A DNA stretch of 64,000 nt, from the NCBI GenBank assembly GCA_030704615.1, contig CM060733.1:59954001-60018000 (forward strand), given 5' to 3'. The position numbers and the translations under genes were made by a program. The notes under the pieces were generated by a model, which searched no databases, was not told the DNA's origin, and saw nothing but the letters and a program-made list of their open reading frames with translations. This stretch comes from Takakia lepidozioides (lineage: Eukaryota; Plantae; Bryophyta). This document shows positions 1 to 12,071 of this stretch, one piece after another. Position 1 is the stretch's first letter, and every line of letters begins with the position of its first letter.

Positions 1-635
1 TTCTGTGTAATCTGTGTACCAGATAACGATGTCTCCCAATGTGGCCGAATACATTGCATAATCGATGCCTCCATAAGGGCAGTCGTCCCGGTTCCGGAAG
101 CACGGCATCCTTGCAAAGGAGGACCTGAGGACGTCTTTGATGCCGATGACAATGACCTTGCGGACAGCAACGAAGCCCTTAGATTTTCGAAATGATGAGA
201 AGCGGAAGAGCAGTGCGGGCTCCAATAATGGACCATCTGGGTCACAAGTACCCACCAATCATCGTGTAACGTGTTCAACAAGCCAGTGGTGGATGAACCG
301 ATACCTCTTTCTCATCCACGGGGTATAGTTTGAAATCTGCCACCGAAGTCCATCCCCCGGATGGAAATTTGGCGCCGCATTTACATCGAAGGGGGGATGG
401 ACTTCGTCGTCTCGAGTGGCTATAGGCCCACCTGGCACTTACTGCCCATAGTTTGCATGGCAGGGAAGGAAACCGAAACGGCTACATTCATGGATGAGCC
501 AATCTTCATCCGTGCAGGTTCCTGTCGGGGGAAATTTAAATGTGCCCTGGAGTGTTTGTGAGGAATTGCAGCGTTTGCTTGAATTTCTTCCAGCCACCGC
601 GCTGCTACCTCCTCCATCCGGGAGCTGCTGTCATT
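1..635 (-). pseudogene. Degenerate ORF of unknown function, paralogous to 634..1242(+); runs off the window start
   Basis: One minus-strand frame with several in-frame stops ends ...DVLRSSFARMPCFRNRDDCPYGGIDYAMYSATLGDIVIWV, which aligns with SVLRYSFSGMPCRRNPADCPYHGHDYAMFKPESGGIIVWL of the adjacent plus-strand ORF. Confidence 0.55.
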
Positions 636-1242
636 GAGCGTACTGCGCTACTCTTTTTCAGGGATGCCGTGCCGCCGAAATCCTGCTGACTGCCCTTATC
701 ATGGCCACGATTATGCTATGTTCAAACCAGAATCAGGAGGCATCATTGTCTGGCTTTCACTTTTCACAGACGCATCTGGAATCAAGCGGGAGTCTTTGCG
801 CACAATGGAGTATCTGGAGGGCTATTACCGCTTTGAGCGAGGTGAGGGCGAGGGTCAATGCGGTCCGTGGGTCCTGAAAATTGTTGACCTCAATATACCA
901 AGGTGGAATGGGATGCCGGACAGATCACGCACGGCCTCACTTTGGTGCTGGAACTGCTGCCAGTGGACCAGGGAGGACGGCACCGGGGAAAACTATATTC
1001 GTGGAGTTCACTCCGCTTTTCCAGTGTATGGAGACATTCGGCTGAGTTGCGAAGACGAATCGCACGGGCACAAGAGGCCCACAGTGACCTTGTCAATGTA
1101 TGATGGTGGTATGATTGATGGGCATGACATTGTCGTCAGCTCCACCAAGGGCACCAGATCGACCGCATTGCAGTTTACCTCGAGATGCCGCATCAGTAAT
1201 GAGCTTGTTTTGAGGGCTATCGAAGTTCCGTCGACTTGGTGA
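634..1242 (+). CDS. 5'-truncated Cys-rich ORF of unknown function (likely element cargo)
   Basis: 202-codon open frame with a non-ATG start. Protein-level similarity to the inverted neighbour supports a coding origin. Confidence 0.45.
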   Translation: MSVLRYSFSGMPCRRNPADCPYHGHDYAMFKPESGGIIVWLSLFTDASGIKRESLRTMEYLEGYYRFERGEGEGQCGPWVLKIVDLNIPRWNGMPDRSRTASLWCWNCCQWTREDGTGENYIRGVHSAFPVYGDIRLSCEDESHGHKRPTVTLSMYDGGMIDGHDIVVSSTKGTRSTALQFTSRCRISNELVLRAIEVPSTW

Positions 1243-1514
1243 CACCCATGTAGAAGGAGGAAGGGCTTAGATTTGTCTGGAGTTGCTAAATGTGAGACAC
1301 CGTGTTCGATCAATAAAACAACCCATCGTACCTCACTTCTGTGTGTTTGTGTTTCATCGTGTTCAAGAACTGCCGTAATTGGCCCACTGTTTACAATTAG
1401 AGGTCTCATTTCTACAATGTGTCTGTCCATATGAATATACCAGAGTCAGCGATATCACAATCCTGAGGTGAAGAAAATCCATGTATGAGTTGTAGGAAAC
1501 ATGTACACGCCGAA

Positions 1515-2410
1515 GCTCGGAAATTCGGCACTGCATTCCATTTTCTCCATGAAGCGATTTCTGGCAGCTCCCTTTCCTCCGTTGTCGTCGTAACGGAAAT
1601 GCTATACAACATTTCATTTCCTGACATGGCATTACCATACTTCGAATTTGAAATGCGGCGCCGCATTTCCATATTCGACCTTGAACTATCCAAGCATGTC
1701 CAGTCGCTAATGCTTGTCCATGTCCATACTTGAAATGCGGCACCGCATTTCCATGTCCGTCATCGAAATTTCACACCGGACAATGAAATGCGGCACAGCA
1801 TTTCCGGAGAGCACAATGGAATGCGGTGCCGCATTTCCGTCGAAGGGTCTGGAATTGGACAAACAACGATGGAAGTTCTGGAAATGCGGCACCGCATTTC
1901 CATGTCTGTCATCAAAATATCGAATCGGACAATGGAATGCGGTGCCGCATTTCCATCAAAGGGTCTGGAATTGGGCAAACAACGATGTCCCTTTTGGAAA
2001 TGCGGCGCCGCATTTCCATGTACGTCATCGAAATTTCTTATTGGACAATGGAATGCGGTGTCGCATTACCGTCTAGCATCATGGAATTGGGAGCCCAAGA
2101 ACGTCGATGGGTCTGCAATTGGAAAAATGTCCATCTCCAAAAGGTAAATGCGGCACCGCATTTCCATGTTCGACCTCCGCATTTCGATTTACATCCGTGG
2201 AAGGAGCTGGCAATCGGCAAAACTGCCGTGTCGGAAACGGAAATGCGGCACCACATTTCCGTTTGTCCGAACAGTTTCTGATGTCCAAACCATGAAACGG
2301 AAATTTGTTCTTGCCCCGGTTTTGGAAATGCGGTGCCGCATTTCTAAAGGAGGTTTGCAGTTGCCACATTTCCGTTCAGACATTGAAATGTGGTGCCGCA
2401 TTTCAGATTT
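1515..2410. repeat. Palindrome array A (GAAATGCGGYRCCGCATTTC), core spacing 53/63 bp
   Basis: About 13 copies. TGCGG half-sites start at 1736, 1789, 1822, 1885, 1938, 2001 and 2054 (spacings 53, 33, 63, 53, 63, 53). Confidence 0.9.
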
Positions 2411-2541
2411 TGGGAAGGACCAAGTTTGGACGATGTTGTCGTTTAGAAGCACATGGGAGAGGGGACATGAAGGACGGGGAGAATTCCCTTTATATACTCT
2501 GGAATTGAATTTAAATGTACAGAGAGTTCATTAAAATTGTA

Positions 2542-5500
2542 TTAATCTTGAAAATCATCACTACTGTCGTCCTGTCCTTGACTGTCCTGCTCCGCCTCCA
2601 CCCCGTCATTGCCTTTCTCATCTCCAGCGGACTGGTCGTTGGCCAGGCTTTCGAAAATCCCATCTTCACCTTGCGGAACCGACCATCTCACCTCCGTTGG
2701 CTCGTCGTCCTCCCTGTCTGCATCGCTCTTATCCGCTGAATCACATATGAACTTTCGCACCCGTCTACCTGCCTCAGCTGTTGCCAACTCTTTCCTTATC
2801 CTTCTCTCCTCCCTAGCCCTCTCCAAAATCTGCTTTACTTTACTGGGATTCTCACATCGTCTAATCGCTGTATTTGCGAGTTTAGCTGCATAACTAGGAA
2901 GGGAGTAGTCATTCACCGGGCTCGTCATGAAGTCGGCCCTCGCAAAGAACGGGACATTCTTCCTGGCAGGAAGTGTAGGCCTTACATGTTTCGACCCGGA
3001 TCCTCCAATCCTGCACATAACAATCACCAACGAGACCAATGAGAACCATAGTCCGGATATGCGTTTGACAAAAAATCACACAGAAGGCTTTGCAAACTTA
3101 CAATGTTTGCACTCACTCGTATTACGGGTTCTCCTCGGCACCAATGTCCATTGTCTCTTCCTCCGACTCCGACAAATCCGAGGAGTCTTTGACTTCGATG
3201 GGAGCCTTCACATTCTGTTGCAGCCCTTCCAGATGGGATCCCCAGACGCCTGTGTCCTCCTCGTAGGCAAAGAGGTGCCGGTCGGAAAACCGCCCAGCCC
3301 ACATTGAGGCACCTGTTACAATGCCATCCACACATTATGACATGGCCCTTCAGATGTTGCGAATGAAAGCATAACAAGAGTTTGCAGAAAAGCATACAAC
3401 AAGATTCTGCATACCTGTCCCACAGATGAGGTCGAGCACTGTGCCCTCCATGTCAGTGCATGTCTCCATAATTGTCTGAATGAAGGCAGGGCTCTGAGTG
3501 CGTGAATACCGCAGGGGTTCAGTTGAAGTGAGGCTATGAGGGAGAAGTTCCGTGGGAATGTTGTTGAACAGGACGTCGTAATCGATGGGGTCGCAGTTCG
3601 GGTCAACCAACAATCTCTCCTTCCGGAAAGCAAAGGTGGAGTTCTCCTTCACAAAGCAGTATGCATCGAACTGCTTCGTCTGCATACACAGTGGGGAACG
3701 ATTAGAAATCGAATGCGGCACCGCATTTCAAAACTCCTAAGAAAATGAAAGGACGAGTGCCAAGGTCGTAATTACCTTCTTCCCTTCCGACCGAAGGCCC
3801 AATGTGTTGATGCACGTCTACTTCTTCTTCAGAATTGGGACGGCGCTCTTGCGGGTCCACTTAGCAATTCCTGTCTGCGTGTTTTTGCCTCTGCTCGCCA
3901 GGACAACCACACAGCCTCTGTCGTCCAACACCATGCGGGCAAGCCCGAATCCTTTCTTCCAAAAAACCTCGGAGTACCTGTTCCAAGATGACAAAGCTTG
4001 CAGTCCTTCCACAGGCTCTCCGTCCGGAATATCCAAGATGATCATATCGCAAGACCAATCGGTGGCATTTCCGCCCCTCCTGCAATCCTTGTCTGCACAC
4101 ACCCTCTCAAAGAACGAGACCATCTTCAGAAACCCGGGGGTGTCGGAAGGCTCTTCGGCAGCCGCCTTCTTCAGTGCTCTGCCCTTCAGACCCTCCATGG
4201 TTTTCATGTATGCCAACTTGGCTGCCCGTCCATCCAAAGCCGCCAAGAAACTCTCATTCACACACTGGACTACTGTATCGGGATCCACTTTCAGCTTCTT
4301 CATTTCCACCGGCTCGAAAGGGTGCCCCCCCCGGGGGGTTGAAGAGTGTCTTCTTTACCGAGCCAGTTTTTGTCTCTCTCGTGACAATGGTGGGCACAGG
4401 GGCTGCGTCTCGAGGGGTGGGCTGGTTGCAAAGTCTCCATCGGAGTCCTCTTCCTCACCCTCTACCTGCACTATCTGTTTCTGCTTCTTTGTTTTCTTGG
4501 GTGTCACAACTGCTGCTCCATGCTGGCGAGTCCGCTTCTTTGACCCCTTCTGTTGAGCCTGCACAGCTGCATCCACCGTCTTCTGTACCATCTCAGCTGC
4601 CTTTCTGGATTGTTCCAGAGCAGCAGCTTCCTTTGCCAACTCTGGCCGAGCAGGGACACGTCTTTGCTTTCTCTTCTCTTCTGCTTTCGCGTGCAGATCT
4701 TTCTCAGACTCGTCAACAATTCCGCCAGACATGTCCAGGTACCACGGGCATCCAACCAGATGCGCGGCATGCCATTATTTCTGCAGCTCGGGTGTGTAGA
4801 CACAGCTTGGGCCCGCCACGGTCCAAGCCATGAAGAACGGGGGCTCTTGAGTCAGGGCCCCTGTCTGAAGAAGCACGTATTTCATATACCTACAGGGCAG
4901 TCAGCATGCGTGAGCAAAAGTTGAGACCAACGTACTCGCAGAGTGCAACCGAAAACATAAAATGCGAATGCGGTGCCGCATTTCCCAGACAAACCTCATT
5001 ATCAGGCTTTGCATACAATGACAGCTGGGCTTCACCTGTAAACAATTCGCATTGCAGCTTTTCCCGCTCCCTCCTGATGTGTAAACTCCACGCTCCTTCT
5101 TGCTGTCTGTAGCTCCCTGGCGAAGAGGTTGTCCTTGTAAGCACATCTGAAACGTGTCACGTAGTCTTCCAATGTCTGTGTTCCATCTCATTTGACGTAC
5201 AAGCCGAACGAATTTGTATGCATTACGACTTGCTCCTTCGCATTCGTCATTACCTGCGATTCCCACATGCATTGTCACGTAGCAGTTCAGGGAATTCATT
5301 TCAGAAAAGCAACTCTGGGGAAGTACCTTGAATTACCTGGAACCACCAAGTCATGCGGTTGAGCCACACATCCACTGAAGGGTCGGAAACTTCGAGTGGA
5401 AAAGACCACATTGTCCTTATACTCTCCGATGCATTCCAGATCGACAGCCACCGTGTCTGCCATTTCCGATCCAATGTCAGGAGCAGGAAGAAGAGTAGCT

Positions 5501-7450
5501 ATTGCTAGGAAGGAACTTCAGTAAATTGAAACATCACCTTCTCTTTCGCTTCAACACATGCCGTTGAGAGGTGATGCAATTTCTCCAACTGCATGGTCGG
5601 CTGCATGGCCCGAGAATAGTGTTTTGCAATCTCGGGGATGAAGTCCTTTCCAAGTGTCGGATCTGCAATGGCCACCAGCTTCACAAGCTTTGACTTGTAT
5701 TTCGTTCTGGACTTGACCCCGGCTTCCTTCAAGTGCTCAGTCAATGACTGCAATGTTTTGACCTGCCCCTCACTTTCCATGAAGAAGCGTTTGGCATGGG
5801 CCAAATCCAGCTTGATGTTTGACTGCCAACAAAAACATGCAGAAGCGTTACATTCTATTCATGTGGAAAGATTACCGAAAATTGGGGAAGGATGAGCAGA
5901 GGGAAATGGGAGGACGACTTACTTCATATATCACCTCCACCATTCCATCCATAGTGAGACGATACCATGTCCGGTCAGTTTTTGCCACGGCTTTCTAAAT
6001 GAGCTCGGGCTCCAGCATTTCCGCGAACATGTGCGGATCAGTGAGACCAGTTTTCCTCACCCTGTACAGCATATGTGCCATGTGGGTATGCACGTACGCA
6101 TTTTCAGTGACCCTGCAAGGCACACTCTCCAGTTCACTCCACGAAAGCACGGAAACAAAACAGATTGGAAACCGAAATGCGGCACTGCATTTCGAACGTG
6201 TTTGGGAGGGTATGAGTATCTTACGAGTTGAGGTCCGCCATGGCATTCTTGAGCAGGGAGGAGTCTGCCACCTTCACCTTGAGGATGACACACTCCACCA
6301 TGTAATGCCAGCCAATGTGCTTGGCATGGTTCTGCTTGATGTACTCCCACCAGGCGAGAAGTCGGTGATTCCCGTCCCACACAAAGAACATTTTACCCGA
6401 CATATGGCCGAAGTCAGGATCACCCTTCAGGGTTGCCTCGAATTCGTCGTTGCGACTGTGCCAGTGGGTATCCCATGTTGACAATTCCTCCGTAGTGGGT
6501 CCACGAGATTCGCCATCCTCATTCTCAAGGGAAACGTAGAAGGCTGGCGAACCTAGACGGTACCCTTCTCGAAATGCGAACTTGAGCTTATCCACATCTC
6601 CGGGAAGTGCCTGCCTGACGATGGGAAGGGAGACCATGCGACAGAGTGGGATTCGAAGAGTCCGCTGGAATACCCTGCTGCCCAGAACTCTGCCAATGCT
6701 ACTATGTGTCTCCTCCAACATTGTATCCGCTGCACTTTGGAATTCCTCCGGAGACATTTCTGCTGGTAGCGGCAGGGGCTGAGCAGCTTGAGCATCCCCA
6801 ACTGGAGCTGCACTCTGGGGAATCTTTGCGGACAATTGTGCAATTGCATAGGCCTCCTCCGGGCCTTCACTGGTCAGGTCTTCCTCAAGTGTGGTCAGGT
6901 CTTCCTGAGAACCTTGAGAGGCAGCACCCTCCTCCGGTACCAGATCAACGGTCGATCCCATTGCCTTCGCTGCAGCAGGTTGGAAATCAAGTAGGAACTG
7001 GGCTTCAGCTTATGGAATCGGTTTTGCGGGAGACTGCTCCGCCCTCCCCCTGATTGCCTTGTGCTTCCTCATTCTTGCAGGTGAAGGTGTCTGCTACAAT
7101 TGAATCTGCTTCATTCGCCTGGGTGGGGGGGAAACGGCCTGGTCCGGTTCAGAAACAAGTTGAAGGACGGGCTACTTCTTCTTCGTCTTTGCTGGAGAAG
7201 GGCTAGACCCCTGCTGGCGATTCTCCATGACCTTTGAAGGCGAGTCGCTCTCTAGGGCTTTGAACTGCAAAGACTTGCCCTTGGAAGCCGCGTCCTTGAA
7301 ACGCATAGGGCTAGGACCGGCAGGAAGACCCGTGCTCGTGGATCGGCTGGGTGTGCGTGCTGCAGCTAGCTCCACGGACTCTGCCTGCGGCTCTTTGGAT
7401 TCGTGCGATCCCTCCAGCACGTCCACCTTTCCGGTTAGGCATGCAAACAT
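2542..7450 (-). pseudogene. Multi-exon ParB/Srx-like domain + beta-class N6A/N4C DNA methyltransferase fusion (copy 1), with nonsense lesions
   Basis: ParB-like FVWDGNHRLLAW in 6221..6961. MTase motif IV-like CDMIILDIPDG followed by LARMVLDDRGCVVV in 3818..4309. RTQSPAFIQTIMETCTDMEGTVLDLICGTG joins across a GT-AG intron (3414..3313) to ASMWAGRFSDRHLFAYEED (motifs X-I-II). Acidic last exon ~2542-3012. Premature stops at e.g. 7172, 5995, 5505, 3818. The start codon is uncertain. Confidence 0.75.
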
Positions 7451-8049
7451 CTTCTGCAGTCAAGTCTCCTAGCATACAGTCTAAGAATTGCAGAAGAAAA
7501 ATGAGGCGGGTTTCGGTGCTCGATCAGCTGGCGAATCCCGATAGCACGGAGCTCTCACTGGTGGCTGGGTTGTCTGCGTGGCCTGATGCTGCGAGATGGC
7601 AATCTCCTCCTGTAGACGCATCTGCTTCCTCCCCTTCGGCATTGGCCTACGTCCGAAGTACAATTTTCGGAGCTTGCGACGATGTCTCTTCTCTGGTGCA
7701 TGCACTCCCTCCCTCTCAGGTTCAAGCATAAGAAGAACAAAGACAGGGAAAAGGGGCGAAGAGTGCAGATGGAAAGGACGCGAGAGGGGTGACTGAGGAG
7801 ACACAACAAAAGAAGATGAAACGGCGGTGATGCAGCACTGGGGTTCGAAAAGGTTGGAGGAAAGTGTCTCCTCGTGGACTTTGCGTCATTACGAAATTCC
7901 AATCGTTCAGAATACGCCTGCCGTCCGAAAAACAAACATCATTATCCAATGGTCAGGCCGCGCCGCCTCATGCCACTTCAGTCAGATAGAGTGCAGACAT
8001 GTGCCGCAATTCCGTTGTTCCACGTGTTCAAATTTGGAGTTGGAGTGAA

Positions 8050-8570
8050 AATACGAATGCGGCGCCGCATTTCCGTTAAGTACCATCACGAAGCTACACA
8101 TCCGTGCTTGTTGGAAGAAAATGCGGCACCGCATTTCCGTTCCACCTTCACATACCTTAGTTGTTGAACGGAAATACGGTGCCGCATTTCCGTCCCACAG
8201 CTCCATGTATGAGATACAAAAGGGAAATGCGGCGCCGCATTTCCGTTCTGGAATGTCGGAAAGTGCGACTCGGACGGAAATGCGGTGCCGCATTTCTGTT
8301 CCCGTTGTTCATGATTCTCAATCAGAACGGAAATGCGGTACCGCATTTCCGTTCCACCTTTACATACCGTGCTTGCTGGATGGAAATGCGTTACCGCATT
8401 TCCGTTCTGGAGAGTGTAAAGGTTTCCCCCGGACGGAAACTCGGTGCCGCATTTCCGTCGCTCTGGTGCATGACCAAGATGCAATACGGAAATGCGGCGC
8501 CGGATTTCCGTCCAGCAGCAATCGAAAGAATCACTCCGGACGGAAATCTGAAACCTCATTTCCGCATGCT
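8050..8570. repeat. Palindrome array B, 53-bp period, between the divergent ParB-MTase and transposase genes
   Basis: GGAAA-starting palindromes at 8170, 8223, 8276, 8329, 8382, 8435 and 8488, plus flanking copies. Confidence 0.9.
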
Positions 8571-8945
8571 GAACCTGAATGGGTTGCATTGTTCCGAAAC
8601 AACAGAATTGCGGCTAGTCTTGATGAGCACAACTTGGTTGTCTGACCGTTTTAACTAATAGTCCTGGCACTTGTCAGTGCGAACGCTCCTGTCTGTACCG
8701 AGAATACTACTGGATCCACCCTCAGGAGAAACTGTCAGGAGATGTTATTTCGTCGCCGATTCAACCATCATTGTCTAACTTACTGGTTATGGAATCACAC
8801 CTCCCACCTTCATGCATGTAGCTTGAAACTATATTTTCCACTTCAATGTGCGACTTCCAATCGTCGATGGACTCCGCATGGTGCCTGTGAGCCTTCGTCT
8901 GTCGCTATACTGAACCTCGCACTTGCCAACTTCCTGCGGTGTTCG

Positions 8946-10597
8946 ATGGCTCCGAATTCCTACGCCATAGTTTGCTGTCCTCCGCAACTTGGGAGAGCCT
9001 GGATCCCAGACGAGGGAGGACTTTGCAGAGTGACTGAAATTTACCTTTGTTCCAAATTCAAGCTCAAACCGGGCACAATTTATTTGGAAGAAGAAAGGAA
9101 GGATGTTCCTGGACAGGTTGACGAGACCATTGTCGTGCTAGGTAACGACGGAGGTTGCGGAATCGAATGGCACGTACCCCCATCAGACACCATCCTGTAC
9201 CGAACTGTGGGAATGCCCATTCCCTTTCCGAATCAGTCGCTGCCCACACCATCCACAAAGGAGTCCGGAAACCTACAGGCGGCCACTGCCAACAGAGAGG
9301 TATGCAACAATAATCATTCCCGACCTGGACCGTCAAGACCCTCCATAGCTTCTCGTGTGGACGTATTCGACATTTCCGACGATGAAGATGAGTGCATTGA
9401 GGTCCCCATGTCCTCCACACGGTCCTTCAAATCCGAGATGGACGTCTCTGCAGGTGCTACGCATGTACTCTCGAGCATAACTCCAACCCGGTCCATTGTG
9501 CAGCTCCTACGGCAACATCACCTCGATGGTTCTCGCTCCGAGCTGGCTGCTCTCGACTATGCCAAATTTCCGGTCAGGAAGGTAACGTTTCTGCCTCCCG
9601 AAGTCAATGGCAATGTCATCTTCGAGTTTCCACTTGTTACTTCCTCAAACAAAGCCTCAGGGATGTTAACAGACATGGATCGAAAGCATGACGGACACCC
9701 CTGGTGTGTGACGAAGACCACTAGCACGAAAATTGCTGATGGTGTTCGTGTACGATACGTCCTCTGTGCGGGGAAGCTGAGGTGCCTGAATCCCGCCTGC
9801 TTCCACTTTCTTTCCAAAGGAGGGCGGAGAAACGAGACGGATTGGACTAGCACAACGCATCATCCATTCATTGTCTCTAGCCAAGCTCCTGCGGGTACTT
9901 TCAAGTGCACACATTGCAAAGAACCACCGACGTACATGTCCATGTGCAGAGCCAAGCAATATTACGTTATCTATTTGCTCCCGGACTTGACTAGAGCTTG
10001 CATACACGTTGGGGTCCACTGCCACCCCTTGGCGAGAGGCAACATGCGTGAGGCTGTGGAGGTGAAATTGAGCCCCGGAGCCAGACCAAAGCAGATTCAG
10101 CTGAAGGCAGCCCACAAGATTGCTCTTGGCAAAATCATGTCTGAAGATGGTTCAGACCGAGTGCCCTTGAACGAAGAGGAGATGCTTGACCTGTTGGAGT
10201 CCGTCTCGCACGTTTGTAGTCCGAATGTGCGGAATCACATCGTATCTTGCAAGCAGGAGTTCGGCCGGGGGTCGGACATGCACTCAATTCTGGAGGTGAA
10301 ACGAATGACTGGATATGACTACATCCAAGGTAGCAGGTTTCCAGGGCAAGGCAGCGACTCCGATCGTTGTTACATTTTTAAAATGTCGACGTGTGGGCCT
10401 GGGAGTGGAGTCGACTTGGTCACTCGCATGACAACTGGAAACTTGTCGAATGCTTGGGTGATGTTTGACCACATCAAGCGAATTACAAACCATCAGTGGG
10501 TGACTATGGGTGTGCATGTTTATGACTATCACTCCAAGAGGCTCATGACGATTGCAATCTGCGAGATGAAAGGGGAGGACACACAGTCGGAGATGCA
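8946..10597 (+). pseudogene. 3'-truncated duplicate of the MULE-like transposase (GCM-like domain plus first catalytic Asp)
   Basis: Near-identical to 12072-13720. The frame is open from MAPNSY to EDTQSEM, then runs directly into palindrome array C. Confidence 0.8.
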
Positions 10598-11670
10598 ATA
10601 CCGCAATTCAGTTCTGGTGGAGCACGATTTTCAGTCAGAACGGAAATGGGGTACAGCATTTCCATTCTGGAGAGTATGACAGACTCCTAAAGACGGAATT
10701 GCGGTGCCGCATTTCCGTCCCACAGCTCCATGCCACAGATAGAAAACGGAAATGCGGCGCCGCATTTCCGTTCGGGAATGTCCGAAGGTGCGAGTCGGAC
10801 GGGAATGCTGTGCCGCATTACAGTTCCGATGGAGCACGATTTTCAGTCAGAACGGAAATGCGATACAGCATTTCCATTCTGGAGAGTATGAAAGTCTCCT
10901 CAGGACGGAAATGCGGTAACGCATTTCCATTCTGGAGAGTATGAAGGTCTCCCCCGGACGGAAATGCGGTGCCGCATTTCCGTCCCACAGCTCCATGCCA
11001 CAGATACAAAATGGAAATGCGGCGCCGCATTTCCGTTCTGGAATGTCCGAAGGTGCGACTCGGACGGAAATGCGGTGCCGCATTTCCGTCCCTTCGCTCC
11101 ATGCCACAGACCTAAAACGGAAATGCGGCTCCGCATTTCCGTTTTGGAAAGTCCGAAGGTGCAAGTCGGACGGAAATGCGGTGCCGCATTTCAGTTCCGA
11201 TGGATCACGATTTTCAGTCAAAACGGAAATGCGGTACCGCATTTCCCTTCTGGAGAGTATGAAGGTCTCCCCCGGACGGAAATGCGGTGCCACATTTCCG
11301 TCGCACTGGTGCATGAGTAAGATGCAAAACGGAAATGGCGCCGTATTTCCGTCCAACAGCAATGGAAAGTAGAACATCGGACGTTCATGCGGAACCTCAT
11401 TTCCGTCCACTGGATTCTTTTGAACGGACGGAAATTCGGCACCGCATTTCCATTCCCGCCTATTCAATGTGTCCTAGTCGATGAAAATGCGTTGTCGCAA
11501 TTATTTTCTACCGCATTTCCGTTCCACCATGGGCCTGCTTTTACAGTGGACTGAAATGTGGTACCGCATTTCCGTTGCACCAGTATTTTGGTTTCCCTGT
11601 TGACGGAAATGCGGTGCCACATTTCCGATCACAATCAACGAGAGGATGATGTCGAACTGAGATGCGGGAC
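10585..11670. repeat. Palindrome array C, exact 53-bp period with recurring spacer types (higher-order repeat)
   Basis: Palindromes at 10748, 10801, 10854, 10907, 10960, 11013, 11066, 11119, 11172, 11225, 11278 and 11331. Spacers such as cccacagctccatgccacaga and tctggagagtatgaaggtctcccccgg recur. Confidence 0.92.
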
Positions 11671-12071
11671 CGCCTTCCCATTCAGCCATGTGCAAGGGGT
11701 TGCATTGTTCCGAAACAACACAATGGCGGCCTGTCTTAATGAGGACAACTTGCTTGTCTAACATTTAACTAACAATCCTGGCACTTGTCAGTGCGAACGT
11801 TCATGTCTGCACCGCGAATACTGGTTGGTCCACCCTGAGGAGAAACTCTCAGGAAATGTTATTCCGTCGCCGAATCGGCCATCATTGTCATACTGACTGG
11901 ATATGGAATCACACCTCCCACCTTCATGCATGTAGCTTGCAACAATACTTTCCACTTCAATGTGCGACTTCCAATCGTCGATGTACTCCACAGATCCACT
12001 GACGTGGTGCCTGTGAGCCTTGGTCTGTCGCTATACCGAACCTCACACTTGCCAAATTCGTGCGGTCTTCG

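Noticed and set aside
1363-2534. Many ORFs with repeated KCGAAFP / EMRHRIS / GNAAPHF peptides (also at 8.0-8.6 and 10.6-11.7 kb)
   Set aside because: They are translations of the palindrome in all six frames, not proteins.
2542-7450. Bacterial or phage contamination explaining the ParB-MTase
   Set aside because: GT-AG introns conserved between paralogs and interleaving with plant TEs and telomeric repeats.
10585-11400. CRISPR-like array (palindromic repeat with fixed-length variable spacers)
   Set aside because: Spacers recur as a higher-order repeat, there are no cas genes, the context is eukaryotic, and the palindrome also occurs singly in introns.
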